A DNA stretch of 64,000 bases from a virus (IMGVR_UViG_3300010399_000006:1-64000), one strand, 5' to 3'. Positions 48,789 to 57,357 are shown, counted from the stretch's first letter. Numbers and translations: made by a program. Notes: generated from the letters alone by a model not told the origin.

Positions 48789-49310
48789 ATGGGCGGAGAC
48801 GCTAGTCACCACACTGATTTCGAGCCCACCGCCGAGGATCGAGAGATGGCAGAGAAGCTATCCGAACTCGGAGACCTGTTCGCCGATGTCTTTGCCGATG
48901 TCCCACGGGACGGAGACGTGAGTACGGTCACTAGTCTGCTGAAGGATCGGGCGTATCTGTTTTTCTATGGATCGTTGACGACTATGGAGTTGTGGACGAG
49001 AGTAGCTAGGGCATTCCGTATTGCCGGATTCAAGATCGACTTCGGAGCGGGCAGGAGAAATCCACACGAGCCGTATGAGTTCCGTGCCCAGTACATGTGC
49101 GAGCCTCAGCGTCCAGTACCGGGTACGTACTGCCGTAGATGTGGACATTCAGATCCGATGTACATGGATCGGATGGCAGCCAAGGTACGTAGAGATGGTG
49201 ATGGACGTACGGAGTTACCGTGCTGTGGCAATAAGCATTGCTTATGTACATCGCACATGGTGGAGACGTACACCGTAGATACCACGTCTCCGTGGCCTTC
49301 GCTGCGTTGA
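48789..49310 (+). CDS. hypothetical Cys-rich protein
   Basis: RBS GGAGG; CRRCGH. Confidence 0.55.
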   Translation: MGGDASHHTDFEPTAEDREMAEKLSELGDLFADVFADVPRDGDVSTVTSLLKDRAYLFFYGSLTTMELWTRVARAFRIAGFKIDFGAGRRNPHEPYEFRAQYMCEPQRPVPGTYCRRCGHSDPMYMDRMAAKVRRDGDGRTELPCCGNKHCLCTSHMVETYTVDTTSPWPSLR

Positions 49311-49321
49311 TCTTTCGGTAG

Positions 49322-49351
49322 TTGACTGGTACGTACCATCAGTGGTAGCAT
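49322..49351 (+). promoter_or_regulatory. promoter with palindrome TGGTACGTACCA in the spacer
   Basis: TTGACT-18-TAGCAT; ATG 7 nt downstream (leaderless). Confidence 0.7.
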
Positions 49352-49358
49352 CCTCAGC

Positions 49359-50129
49359 ATGGATACCACCAGCAGTTCGCAGCCACAACCTAAAGATCCA
49401 CGGCTCAACCCTACTCTCGCGGACAAGGTAGCGAAGGCGAGGGCACGCTGGGAGGGTCGTCGGTCGGGCGGTGGTGGTAGAAGTAAGATCACTGCATCAT
49501 TCGACGATCTGTTGGATCTGATCGTGCCAGACTGCTTGACGTGGAGCGACATTGGATCAGAGCTGGGTGTATCGCGAGAGCGAGCGCGGCAGATCTTCCG
49601 TGATTACTTCTCTGCACTGTTCCCGAAGTATAGGTTTCCGGGTAGAAAGCGGCGACGAGTCTGCTCCATTCAGAGGCGAGTGGAGCGGATCAAGGCGTTG
49701 GAGCCGGTTGGTAACGCCGCTGAGGCTGCCCGGCGAGCATGGTTGGCCGGTATCGCGGACGTTCGGGCAGTTACCTACCCCAAGAGCGTGAGAGCTTCAT
49801 CGCTGCGTCTGATCGTGAACGGCAAGGCGGTGACGGTACGTAGCAGTAAAAGCCCATCCATAATGCACCCCCGTTCATTGGTTGGTTATTACCGGTTTCC
49901 GACTACGGCGGGCCAGACCCTACCGTGTGAGTTCGTGATTCTGCTGGCTGGAACGCAGACATTCGTGATGCCGCGTGATGTGTTTATGTCATGGAATGGT
50001 AACCTCAGCGGAAATGCAGTTAGGGATAGGTACATACCTGAGCATCCGAACACGTATTGGATGAACGCCCATCTGGGACAGACAGACTGGTTGTGGCAAT
50101 ACCGTGAAGCGTGGCATCTACTGAAGTAA
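49359..50129 (+). CDS. HTH DNA-binding protein (sigma70 region-4-like)
   Basis: LTWSDIGSELGVSRERARQI. Confidence 0.72.
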   Translation: MDTTSSSQPQPKDPRLNPTLADKVAKARARWEGRRSGGGGRSKITASFDDLLDLIVPDCLTWSDIGSELGVSRERARQIFRDYFSALFPKYRFPGRKRRRVCSIQRRVERIKALEPVGNAAEAARRAWLAGIADVRAVTYPKSVRASSLRLIVNGKAVTVRSSKSPSIMHPRSLVGYYRFPTTAGQTLPCEFVILLAGTQTFVMPRDVFMSWNGNLSGNAVRDRYIPEHPNTYWMNAHLGQTDWLWQYREAWHLLK

Positions 50130-50143
50130 ACAGGTGTGTACCA

Positions 50144-50284
50144 ATGGAACTCTACCGCTCGTACGACTGGATCACCGCACTGCTGTTCTACCTCGGATTG
50201 GCCGGACTGGTAGTGCTGGTGGATTGGGCATTCTGGGGTAGAAACGGAAATGGAGATAGCCGTGGTCGTGGAGGTAGACCATGA
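50144..50284 (+). CDS. small TM protein
   Basis: Manual translation MELYRSYDWITALLFYLGLAGLVVLVDWAFWG... Confidence 0.5.
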   Translation: MELYRSYDWITALLFYLGLAGLVVLVDWAFWGRNGNGDSRGRGGRP

Positions 50285-50393
50285 AATGCGATGACGATGA
50301 TTTCAACGAAGACGCAGGTGATGTGGTGCTGGCTATTCGTGGGTTTAAACGGTGCGGGTGTCGGAGATCGAATCGGTTGGAGCCAATCGTCTA

Positions 50394-50636
50394 ATGGCCG
50401 TCAGAATCAGACTCGGCGGTAGTCCCATCGTCTGCGCCGCGATGCACCCCGAACTACCCGGAGATGTCTACATCGATGATCCACTCCACTATCGTCTCAG
50501 TACGGAGTACGGCATCCTCGTCAGCGAGTACATGGAGCGGCACAAACTGGACGGGCTGTGGTGGTGGTACGACGAGGTACCGGAGGGTAGAGTGATCGAT
50601 CCGTTCTACGCCGGTCAGAGGGGGTCGATTTGGTAG
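50394..50636 (+). CDS. hypothetical protein
   Basis: CAA.H.E..GD.YIDD..HY phage-type pattern. Confidence 0.55.
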   Translation: MAVRIRLGGSPIVCAAMHPELPGDVYIDDPLHYRLSTEYGILVSEYMERHKLDGLWWWYDEVPEGRVIDPFYAGQRGSIW

Positions 50637-50911
50637 ATACCGGTAGTGGTAAGTTCTACCGACCGGTCGGCGCTCCAATCAACCCTACTGCCACCAAACT
50701 GACCGGCCGCTGTACCGGCTGCAAACAATCGTTGGGCTCCCAAGTAACTCAACTCCGGGTGGGTAGGATCTGCTACCTGTGTGATCGGGTGATCCTCCGC
50801 CATGAGAAGTACTTTTTCTCGGAGAGTGGTGTGCGGCATCGGGATTGCGACGATCCAGAGGGGTACGGAGCGGTGGTAGTGCCGATGGATACGGTGGTGG
50901 AGACCGGTAGA

Positions 50912-50949
50912 TAGGTGAGTAGGTGGGTAGTAGGTGAGTAGGTGGGTAG
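50912..50949. repeat. 19-bp tandem duplication
   Basis: TAGGTGAGTAGGTGGGTAG twice, just upstream of promoter 50969. Confidence 0.85.
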
Positions 50950-50968
50950 ATCGAGTGGTAGTTGGTGG

Positions 50969-50998
50969 TTGACACCGGTACGTACCACAGACTACACT
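50969..50998 (+). promoter_or_regulatory. promoter with GGTACGTACC in the spacer
   Basis: TTGACA-18-TACACT; ATG at 51009. Confidence 0.72.
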
Positions 50999-51008
50999 CT
51001 ACACCAAC

Positions 51009-52784
51009 ATGAAGAAGCTACACATCGCTGACGATCTATCCCTACCGGTTGACGCCGCAACCCAGACGTTCGCGTTCATCGCACGCAAGGGTGGCGGGAA
51101 GACTTATGCGGCCGGGAAGCTAGTCGAGCTGCTAATGATCGCTGGAGTTCAAGTGGTGGTCATGGATACCGTGGGTAACTGGTACGGTCTGCGGCTCTCT
51201 GCCGACGGTCGCAGTAGAGGATTCGACATTCCCGTGCTCGGTGGTCTGCGCGGAGACATCGATCTGGAAGCACGCGGTGGAGAGTTGATCGCTGACATCG
51301 TTGCTGATACCGGTAGGAGTTTGGTCCTAGATGTAAGTCAGTTCTCGATGACCGACCGAAAGAGGTTCGCCGTTGCGTTCGGTGAACGTCTCTGGCGCCG
51401 AAAGAAGGGCGAGCATCACCCCACTCCGCTACATCTCGTGATCGAGGAGAGTCAGCTGATCGTTCCTCAGTTCACCGGCAAGACCGGTGGAGACGACGCG
51501 CGGATGCTCGGTGTGTACGAGGAGATCATCCGACTAGGCAGGAATTATGGAATTGGCGTGACTATGATCTCCCAGCGACCGCAATCAGTAAATAAGGAAG
51601 TCCTCAACCAAACGGAGTGTCTGTTCGTCGGTCAGGTCAACGGGTCGCAGGAACGCGATGCTCTGAAGAAATGGATCACCCACCAAGGGATGGATGTTGG
51701 ACTGGTTGATGAGTTGCCGTCCCTGGCGGTAGGTACGATGTATGTGTGGTCTCCTCAGTGGTTGAGGATTCTACGCAAGGTACGTATCGGTAAGAAGGAG
51801 ACGTTCGACGCCAGTGCTACGCCAAAGGTCGGTGAGAATCGTCCGAGACGTGAACTGAAGCCGCTCGATTTGGATGACCTGAAGGAGAAGCTGACAGCTA
51901 CGATAGAACGGCAGAGGGCGGAAGATCCGAGGGAGCTGAAGAAACAGATTGCTGATCTGAAACGGCAACTAGACGCCAAGCCAGCGGTAAGTAGGTCGGA
52001 GGTAGATCCGGCGAAGGTACGTGAGCTGGCTGGTAAATTGGCGGATCGTGCAGTGGCGAAGGCGCTACGGCCCATCCACACGCTACATCGGAAACTGGCA
52101 ACGGAGTTCTCGTCTCTGTCGCTCGACTTCGCGGCAATCAACACAGAATTCTCAGATCTGGTGGAGAAGGCCAAAGAGATCGAACAGCCTGATTTGGATC
52201 TGGAAGAGCCTGCGATTAGAAGGGCGGTGGAACCGACAGTCGAACAGCGACGACCAGCACCGCCTACCGTGGCGTCCACGCGCAATCCGGTACCGATTCG
52301 TAATCGACCCAACGGTGACGACGGTAATCAGAAACTCCCCATCGGCGAACGGGCCTGTTTGATCGTCGCGGCGATGCGACCGGACGGAGCAACTAGAACA
52401 GAGATCTCTGTCCAGACCGGATACAAGCGCTCTACTCGCGATGCCTATATCCAGCGGCTACGTGAGAAGGGCTACGTCGAGATATCGAGCGAGAATGTGG
52501 TAGCTACCGATAGCGGTATCGACGCACTGGGCAGTGACTACGAGCCGCTACCAACGGGTAGTGCTCTCCGGGAGTGGTGGATGGGCAGGTTGCCGATCGG
52601 CGAGGCTCAGATTCTCGGGCATCTGGTCAAGGTCTATCCGGACGGCATGGATCGGGACACGATCAGCGATCTGACGGGGTTTAAACGATCTACGAGAGAT
52701 GCATATCTAAAGCGGCTATCGACCAAGAGGTTGGTTGTTGGCGATCGTGGACCGGTAGCTGCGAGCAGGATTCTCTTCAACTAG
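51009..52784 (+). CDS. HerA/FtsK-like (DUF87) ATPase with two C-terminal winged-helix repeats
   Basis: ARKGGGKTY, LVIEES, GRNYGIG..MISQRP; two LPIGE...PDG...TG.KRSTRDAY..RL repeats. Confidence 0.82.
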   Translation: MKKLHIADDLSLPVDAATQTFAFIARKGGGKTYAAGKLVELLMIAGVQVVVMDTVGNWYGLRLSADGRSRGFDIPVLGGLRGDIDLEARGGELIADIVADTGRSLVLDVSQFSMTDRKRFAVAFGERLWRRKKGEHHPTPLHLVIEESQLIVPQFTGKTGGDDARMLGVYEEIIRLGRNYGIGVTMISQRPQSVNKEVLNQTECLFVGQVNGSQERDALKKWITHQGMDVGLVDELPSLAVGTMYVWSPQWLRILRKVRIGKKETFDASATPKVGENRPRRELKPLDLDDLKEKLTATIERQRAEDPRELKKQIADLKRQLDAKPAVSRSEVDPAKVRELAGKLADRAVAKALRPIHTLHRKLATEFSSLSLDFAAINTEFSDLVEKAKEIEQPDLDLEEPAIRRAVEPTVEQRRPAPPTVASTRNPVPIRNRPNGDDGNQKLPIGERACLIVAAMRPDGATRTEISVQTGYKRSTRDAYIQRLREKGYVEISSENVVATDSGIDALGSDYEPLPTGSALREWWMGRLPIGEAQILGHLVKVYPDGMDRDTISDLTGFKRSTRDAYLKRLSTKRLVVGDRGPVAASRILFN

Positions 52785-52803
52785 AAATTGGAGGTAGATA
52801 CTG

Positions 52804-52962
52804 ATGGGAATGTTCGATCCACCCGACCCGCCCGATATCAACGATGGACCAGATCCAGAAGAAGAGCGCCAACGCTGGTTGGAGCAGCAAGTGGAAGAGG
52901 AACGGGAGTACGGTCTGTATCTAGCCGAAGTGATGGATCGGGAAGGACTGCCGACCGAATGA
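52804..52962 (+). CDS. small acidic protein
   Basis: RBS GGAGG; MGMFDPPDPPDINDGPDPEEERQRW... Confidence 0.5.
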   Translation: MGMFDPPDPPDINDGPDPEEERQRWLEQQVEEEREYGLYLAEVMDREGLPTE

Positions 52963-53147
52963 ATAACTACTGTCCGCCAGAACTCAGGTACGCCTTGGAG
53001 ATATCGAGAGTCCTTTCTGAGAAATGTACACACGGATGTCGGTACTCTGGCGACTGTCCCCAATGCAGGGTGACCAGGGCGGAGAGACTTCGAGCCTTGG
53101 ACGTAGCCTACGGCAAGAAGAATCGTGATGTCACGTCCTATCGGTAG
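52959..53147 (+). CDS. small Cys-rich protein
   Basis: ATGA overlap; CTHGC...CPQC. Confidence 0.5.
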   Translation: MNNYCPPELRYALEISRVLSEKCTHGCRYSGDCPQCRVTRAERLRALDVAYGKKNRDVTSYR

Positions 53148-53163
53148 TACGTTAGTTGACCAC

Positions 53164-53203
53164 TTGACATCCTACGTACCAGTAAGTACTATCTCGTACG
53201 TAC
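53164..53203 (+). promoter_or_regulatory. promoter with two operator-like sites
   Basis: TTGACA-17-TACTAT; TACGTACC in the spacer and GTACGTAC over the start site. Confidence 0.72.
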
Positions 53204-53236
53204 AACTGAGTTGGAACTGATTTCGGAGCAGAACTG

Positions 53237-53569
53237 ATGAGCAGAACCTACCGCAACCACCAGAGCCGTACCAAATCAAGGGGGGAGCGAGTTGTCTCCA
53301 ACAGCAATAGCAACAGCAATAGCAATCGAGATAGATCCTTCCGCCAGTTCCAGCTCGTCGTCCACGACCGAGTTACCGACGACGAGGCCGACAGAGGCAC
53401 TAAGCTCGAACTTGACCGCACTGACATCCGTAGATACGACTGTGCCGAGCACGGGACGGTCGTTCCTCTACCAAACAGCTATCGATGTCCGTACTGCCTG
53501 CCGGTCGCCGAAGATGAACACAGTTTTGCTGTCACTGTGGGGAGTAGTGTCGTTCTCAATCCGTCGTGA
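53237..53569 (+). CDS. hypothetical protein (NS repeat, C-H/CxxC)
   Basis: RBS GGAG. Confidence 0.55.
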   Translation: MSRTYRNHQSRTKSRGERVVSNSNSNSNSNRDRSFRQFQLVVHDRVTDDEADRGTKLELDRTDIRRYDCAEHGTVVPLPNSYRCPYCLPVAEDEHSFAVTVGSSVVLNPS

Positions 53570-53629
53570 TCGTACATTTGCCGGTCACTAGTAGTTGAAT
53601 CTGAAAGTCGAAAGCGAGGTAACTAATCT

Positions 53630-54157
53630 ATGGGCCGTACATTCACCAATCTCCACATCCGCAAGTCTCCCAGCACCGACTCCGACACCTTCTGCGGAGG
53701 CAGCCACTCCGAGCTGTGGAAGATCGAACTGCGATCGGTGGCGCCGAATCAGGCCAGCAAGCTGAAATCAGATGATCATCCCTGTCGGCGGTGTCTGAAG
53801 GCGTTCAACGCCAAAGTGGCTACTGATGCCAAGCCGAAGAAAGAGAAGAAAGAGAAGTCAACCAAAGCAGCAAAGACGGCGAAACCGGCGAAGGCCGCAA
53901 AGTCCGGTACGAAGGCGGTAGCGAAACCGGCTGCGAAGGCCGCTGCGAAGACTGCACCGAAGAAAGCAACAGAGAAGAACGCCAAGCCGACAGCGAAACC
54001 GAAGGCGAAGGCCAAAGCGGCCAAAAAGAGCACTGCTGCTCCGCCGTCCACCCCGTCTGCTCCGACCACTCCGATCAGCACGCCAGTACCGGCTCCAGCT
54101 CCGACTCCAGCCGTCGAGCCCGTTGAAGCAGAACCGGACGAACTCGATTCACTGTAA
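53630..54157 (+). CDS. histone H1-like Lys/Ala/Pro-rich DNA-binding protein
   Basis: Repeated AKPAAK/KAAK tract after a CRRC domain. Confidence 0.6.
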   Translation: MGRTFTNLHIRKSPSTDSDTFCGGSHSELWKIELRSVAPNQASKLKSDDHPCRRCLKAFNAKVATDAKPKKEKKEKSTKAAKTAKPAKAAKSGTKAVAKPAAKAAAKTAPKKATEKNAKPTAKPKAKAKAAKKSTAAPPSTPSAPTTPISTPVPAPAPTPAVEPVEAEPDELDSL

Positions 54158-54165
54158 ACTAGTCT

Positions 54166-54295
54166 CGTCAGAGAACCGGGAAGGACCAATTGACCTACCG
54201 CCACGCTGAACTCGCCCAAAGCTCTCCAGCTACCAGCGCGGCGGTCCTCCTGACGGCCTTCCCAGCCGAATAGGTCACCTTCCCGGTTCTCGACG
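54166..54295. ncRNA. candidate structured ncRNA with CU-rich (or antisense GGA) loops
   Basis: Perfect 14-bp GAGAACCGGGAAGG/CCTTCCCGGTTCTC plus TGACCTA/TAGGTCA and nested hairpins. Confidence 0.6.
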
Positions 54296-54319
54296 TTTCC
54301 ACCGAGGCAGCGGCAAACC

Positions 54320-54511
54320 GTGTATCGACAGTTCCTACTCAGTTCCGGCAACACCCGTCTCTATACTTGGCTGGAGGACGACCCACGTCTGAAGTCCGGT
54401 ACGGAACTAACTCTGAAGGGAGACGACATGGAGTGGACCGTCGTCGAACGGTACTCGATAACCAGAGAAGATCCACCGGACGTGCGGTGGAGGGTAGGTG
54501 GATTGGTATGA
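54320..54511 (+). CDS. small hypothetical protein
   Basis: Protein-like ORF coupled to the next gene. Confidence 0.5.
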   Translation: MYRQFLLSSGNTRLYTWLEDDPRLKSGTELTLKGDDMEWTVVERYSITREDPPDVRWRVGGLV

Positions 54512-54831
54512 ACGGCATGCCGAGGTACGACAGTAACTACGTACTAAGTACCGCTGATGATCTGGAACGCACAGCCAACGAGAACGATAGAGCCCTGTCC
54601 GGAATCTTGGTGGTACTGCTGATTGAGTCGGCGGAGATGTTACGCGATTACGCCGAGTCCGGTGCCATCGAGAACACCAATCGACTGGAAAACGTCGTTA
54701 GAGCCGAGATCGCCAAAGAAGTGAACATCGGACCACTAGCGTCGCGACTGCTTCATCGGCTGGACAAGCCGTGCGGGTGTGTCGTGCAGTGCGGATCGGA
54801 AGTAGAGGCTGGAGTGGTCCACAACCGATGA
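54508..54831 (+). CDS. hypothetical protein
   Basis: ATGA overlap. Confidence 0.5.
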   Translation: MNGMPRYDSNYVLSTADDLERTANENDRALSGILVVLLIESAEMLRDYAESGAIENTNRLENVVRAEIAKEVNIGPLASRLLHRLDKPCGCVVQCGSEVEAGVVHNR

Positions 54832-55139
54832 GTCAACCTATCTACGGACGGTGGTTCGATGCCAAGACCGTCCCCGGTCCCTCCAGTCCAGACGTGTGGT
54901 ACGTGACCGCCCAACGCAACCAGGAACGCGAGCTGGGTACCGGAGCCGTCATCACGTACACCACTGTTCGAGCACATCTACCGGGCGGACACTTTCCTGA
55001 TTCGGCTGAAGTGTGGATGCGGATACCGCCACCGCCGTGGCTCTGGAGATCCGGTGGAACGACCTACTCACATCTGCACGACAGCGGCTGTGCCTACCGT
55101 GGGTGTGAAGATCCGACGCACGAAGCTCCGACCGAATAG
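54828..55139 (+). CDS. hypothetical protein
   Basis: ATGA overlap. Confidence 0.5.
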   Translation: MSQPIYGRWFDAKTVPGPSSPDVWYVTAQRNQERELGTGAVITYTTVRAHLPGGHFPDSAEVWMRIPPPPWLWRSGGTTYSHLHDSGCAYRGCEDPTHEAPTE

Positions 55140-55143
55140 CTCA

Positions 55144-55175
55144 GGTACGTACTCCACCAATCAGTGTGGTAGAAT
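55144..55175 (+). promoter_or_regulatory. extended -10 promoter with GGTACGTAC near -35
   Basis: TG-G-TAGAAT at 55167-55175; palindrome at 55144-55152. Confidence 0.5.
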
Positions 55176-55180
55176 CCCCA

Positions 55181-55310
55181 TTCAGCGGCTCACGCGTAGT
55201 GCGTCGCGGCATGATCTTTTGCGTGCACTTCACTGGAACTGAAGACAGACATCAATCGACTTTGGGGAGTCGGGTCGGTCACAGGGCACGCGCTTGGCCG
55301 ACCACCTGAA
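55181..55310 (+). ncRNA. candidate multi-stem RNA
   Basis: TTCAG/CTGAA closing stem; four internal hairpins. Confidence 0.55.
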
Positions 55311-55402
55311 CCAACCAACCATCAACGCCAGTATTAGGAGATCGACGATGCTCATTCAGAGGGAGGTGGCTATGCGGACAGTTTAGAAAGGAGAACTGAC
55401 GC

Positions 55403-55570
55403 ATGGCTGCTCAAGACAAATCGACGAAGGACAAGCAGATGGCGGCGTACATGAAGGCCCACAAGATCGATCGCACCACCGGACGTTGCGCACTCTGCTA
55501 CCGCGAAGTGACCATCGACAATCCGGCCAAGGGAACCAAGTTCAATCACCGTTGCGGCATCGTCAAGTAA
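55403..55570 (+). CDS. 55-aa zinc-finger-like protein
   Basis: RBS AAGGAG; MAAQDKSTKDKQMAAYMKAHKIDRTTGRCALC...HRC. Confidence 0.65.
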   Translation: MAAQDKSTKDKQMAAYMKAHKIDRTTGRCALCYREVTIDNPAKGTKFNHRCGIVK

Positions 55571-55661
55571 AGAGTTCGTGAGCTAGGCCGCTGAGGAGCG
55601 CGCGTCCCAAGGATAGGCTCCATCGGTCCCGAATGGTGCGGCGAATCGGGACACTATCAAC

Positions 55662-55738
55662 GTCTCCAGAGCATGATTGGACTATGCATCAGACTTCTAA
55701 TCTGAGGGTTCCGAGTTCGAATCTCGGTGGGGACACCA
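55662..55738 (+). tRNA. tRNA-Arg(UCU)
   Basis: GTCTCCA/TGGGGAC acceptor plus ACCA; anticodon arm TCAGA-CTTCTAA-TCTGA; T arm CCGAG-TTCGAAT-CTCGG; G instead of U at position 8. Confidence 0.92.
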
Positions 55739-55742
55739 GAAC

Positions 55743-56070
55743 TTATAGATCCCCCACAGCGGTACTGGTGGGGAGTAAGCCCAGAAAAGACATCAGGAAC
55801 GTCACAGGCTCGTTGATGATGCTGACGACGGGAACCCGAAGTCACCCCGTTAGCTCCGCAATAGGGTCTCGTACATGCGCGGGACGGAGGGGTGTCTACG
55901 GACCTGATGAAACGTGCTGGCAGGGCCGAGGGCGCCTGAAACGAAGTCCCTGGAAGCTGGTCGATCCCGTAGGCCAGCAAATTGCGGTCTGCCGTTGGAG
56001 GGCACCTAGGCCCGCTCGCACATCGGTATCTAAAGCCGTGAAGCCCGGCACGGAACTGCGAACCGGGCAC
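55743..56070 (+). ncRNA. candidate large structured ncRNA
   Basis: No convincing ORF; at least 8 helices including long-range and pseudoknot pairings. Confidence 0.55.
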
Positions 56071-56116
56071 CTGAACTACTGAGTCGAGTCGAACGGTACC
56101 TACCCACTACACCGCA

Positions 56117-56533
56117 CTACTCGGGACTGTTACTCGACACCGAGAACGGAAATGGCGGCAACCACACGTTTTGCCCTGGATCGGTCTGCTCACCCTGAAT
56201 AGCAACGATCCTCTCTGCCCACGCCAGCGCCCGCCCGTAGTGCTCATCCCAGCATTCGCGGAACACCAGCTTGCGGAGGGCATCGAACTGCGTCTTGGGC
56301 AACCCCGCCGCCTCCAGCACGGTAAGCACCCCGCCGACCAGATGTTGCGTGTAGTCGCGCAGCTCCCGGACGGCGAACAGCTCGGCGGTGTACGAACTGA
56401 CGGGGATGCGCGGTGAGGAAGTGGATTGAGGTTGGTCGGCACTGATTGCCGCTGGTGACTGGGGCTGGTTGACGGTGAACGTGGCGCCGGACGCACCGGT
56501 TGAATTACCTGAAACTGCTGGGATCTCTGTCAT
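56117..56533 (-). CDS. hypothetical protein
   Basis: RBS GAGGAG; helical core; transcribed opposite to its neighbours. Confidence 0.6.
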   Translation of the reverse strand: MTEIPAVSGNSTGASGATFTVNQPQSPAAISADQPQSTSSPRIPVSSYTAELFAVRELRDYTQHLVGGVLTVLEAAGLPKTQFDALRKLVFRECWDEHYGRALAWAERIVAIQGEQTDPGQNVWLPPFPFSVSSNSPE

Positions 56534-57227
56534 GGAATGTCTCCTCTCTACTCTCTAACTCAGTATCTACTGATCTCAAACTTAACTGGTGTTCGACTCG
56601 ACTTAGTAGCGATACTAACACCAACCAGTCCAGTAGTCACTGCTCGCGGTACAGTTCACCTCCCAGCACCTACCACCACTCTCCATCCACCACCACAACT
56701 GAACTTCCCTAACCCACTGATTCCTAACTACTTTACGCCATAAAGTAACCACCACCGATACCTCGACCCACCGACCTGCACGCCGTGAACTGCTACCCGT
56801 TGATTGGTATGTACTGTTTGTGATTTTTTGTTGCGTAGCGGTAAGATGTTGCGCCCCACCACTTCTCCGCCTCGAATGGGACATGGGCTAGGGTGCCTGA
56901 TGGACTTAGTTACACACCTATTCACTAACTGATAGGTGGTGGAGTGGTAGTTGTGTAAGTGCTAGATGCTGACCAGTGGTCAGTAAACTGAGCGGTGGTT
57001 AGTGAACGTGTTCAATAGTTGATAGCTACCACATCTATCTACCGCGCGGCGGTGGTGGGTCGTGGGGATATGCCGCTCTCGCGGACCTTGTGAACCTGGC
57101 GACGTGACGGATCGGCAGGCGAGCGGACCGTCTAACCGTCCAGCCCCTCCAGCCATCGAGCCGTCCGGCCCTCGATAGCGCGGCGGAGCGGTACGCGGGC
57201 AGTGCCGCCAACCCCTGCCAAATTAGT

Positions 57228-57357
57228 TGGGAGTCCATTCAATGGGAGACCATACGATATTGCATGGGAGACCAAGTAATAACGTATGGGATACCAAGCA
57301 ATCGCCCCGCCAATCACCGTGCGGCAGATGTATGGGAGCCAATTGAATGGGAGTCCA
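57228..57357. repeat. six iteron-like TGGGAGWCCA repeats
   Basis: Copies at 57228, 57243, 57265, 57287, 57333 and 57348. Confidence 0.8.

Noticed and set aside
55897-55953. Hammerhead ribozyme suggested by CTGATGA...GAAAC...GTC
   Set aside because: Stems I and II do not pair in the required register, and CCTGATG pairs better with CATCAGG upstream
55633-56082. 149-aa and 137-aa ORFs over the tRNA/ncRNA locus
   Set aside because: They overlap a canonical tRNA, lack an RBS and are not protein-like
55850-56090. Group I intron suggested by AAATTGCGG and CCGCAAT (P/Q-like)
   Set aside because: The elements are in reversed order, no convincing R/S (P7) sequences are present, and no gene is interrupted
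57228-57357. Mini CRISPR array
   Set aside because: Repeats are only about 10 bp with mostly 5-12 bp gaps; no cas genes are present and the geometry does not fit
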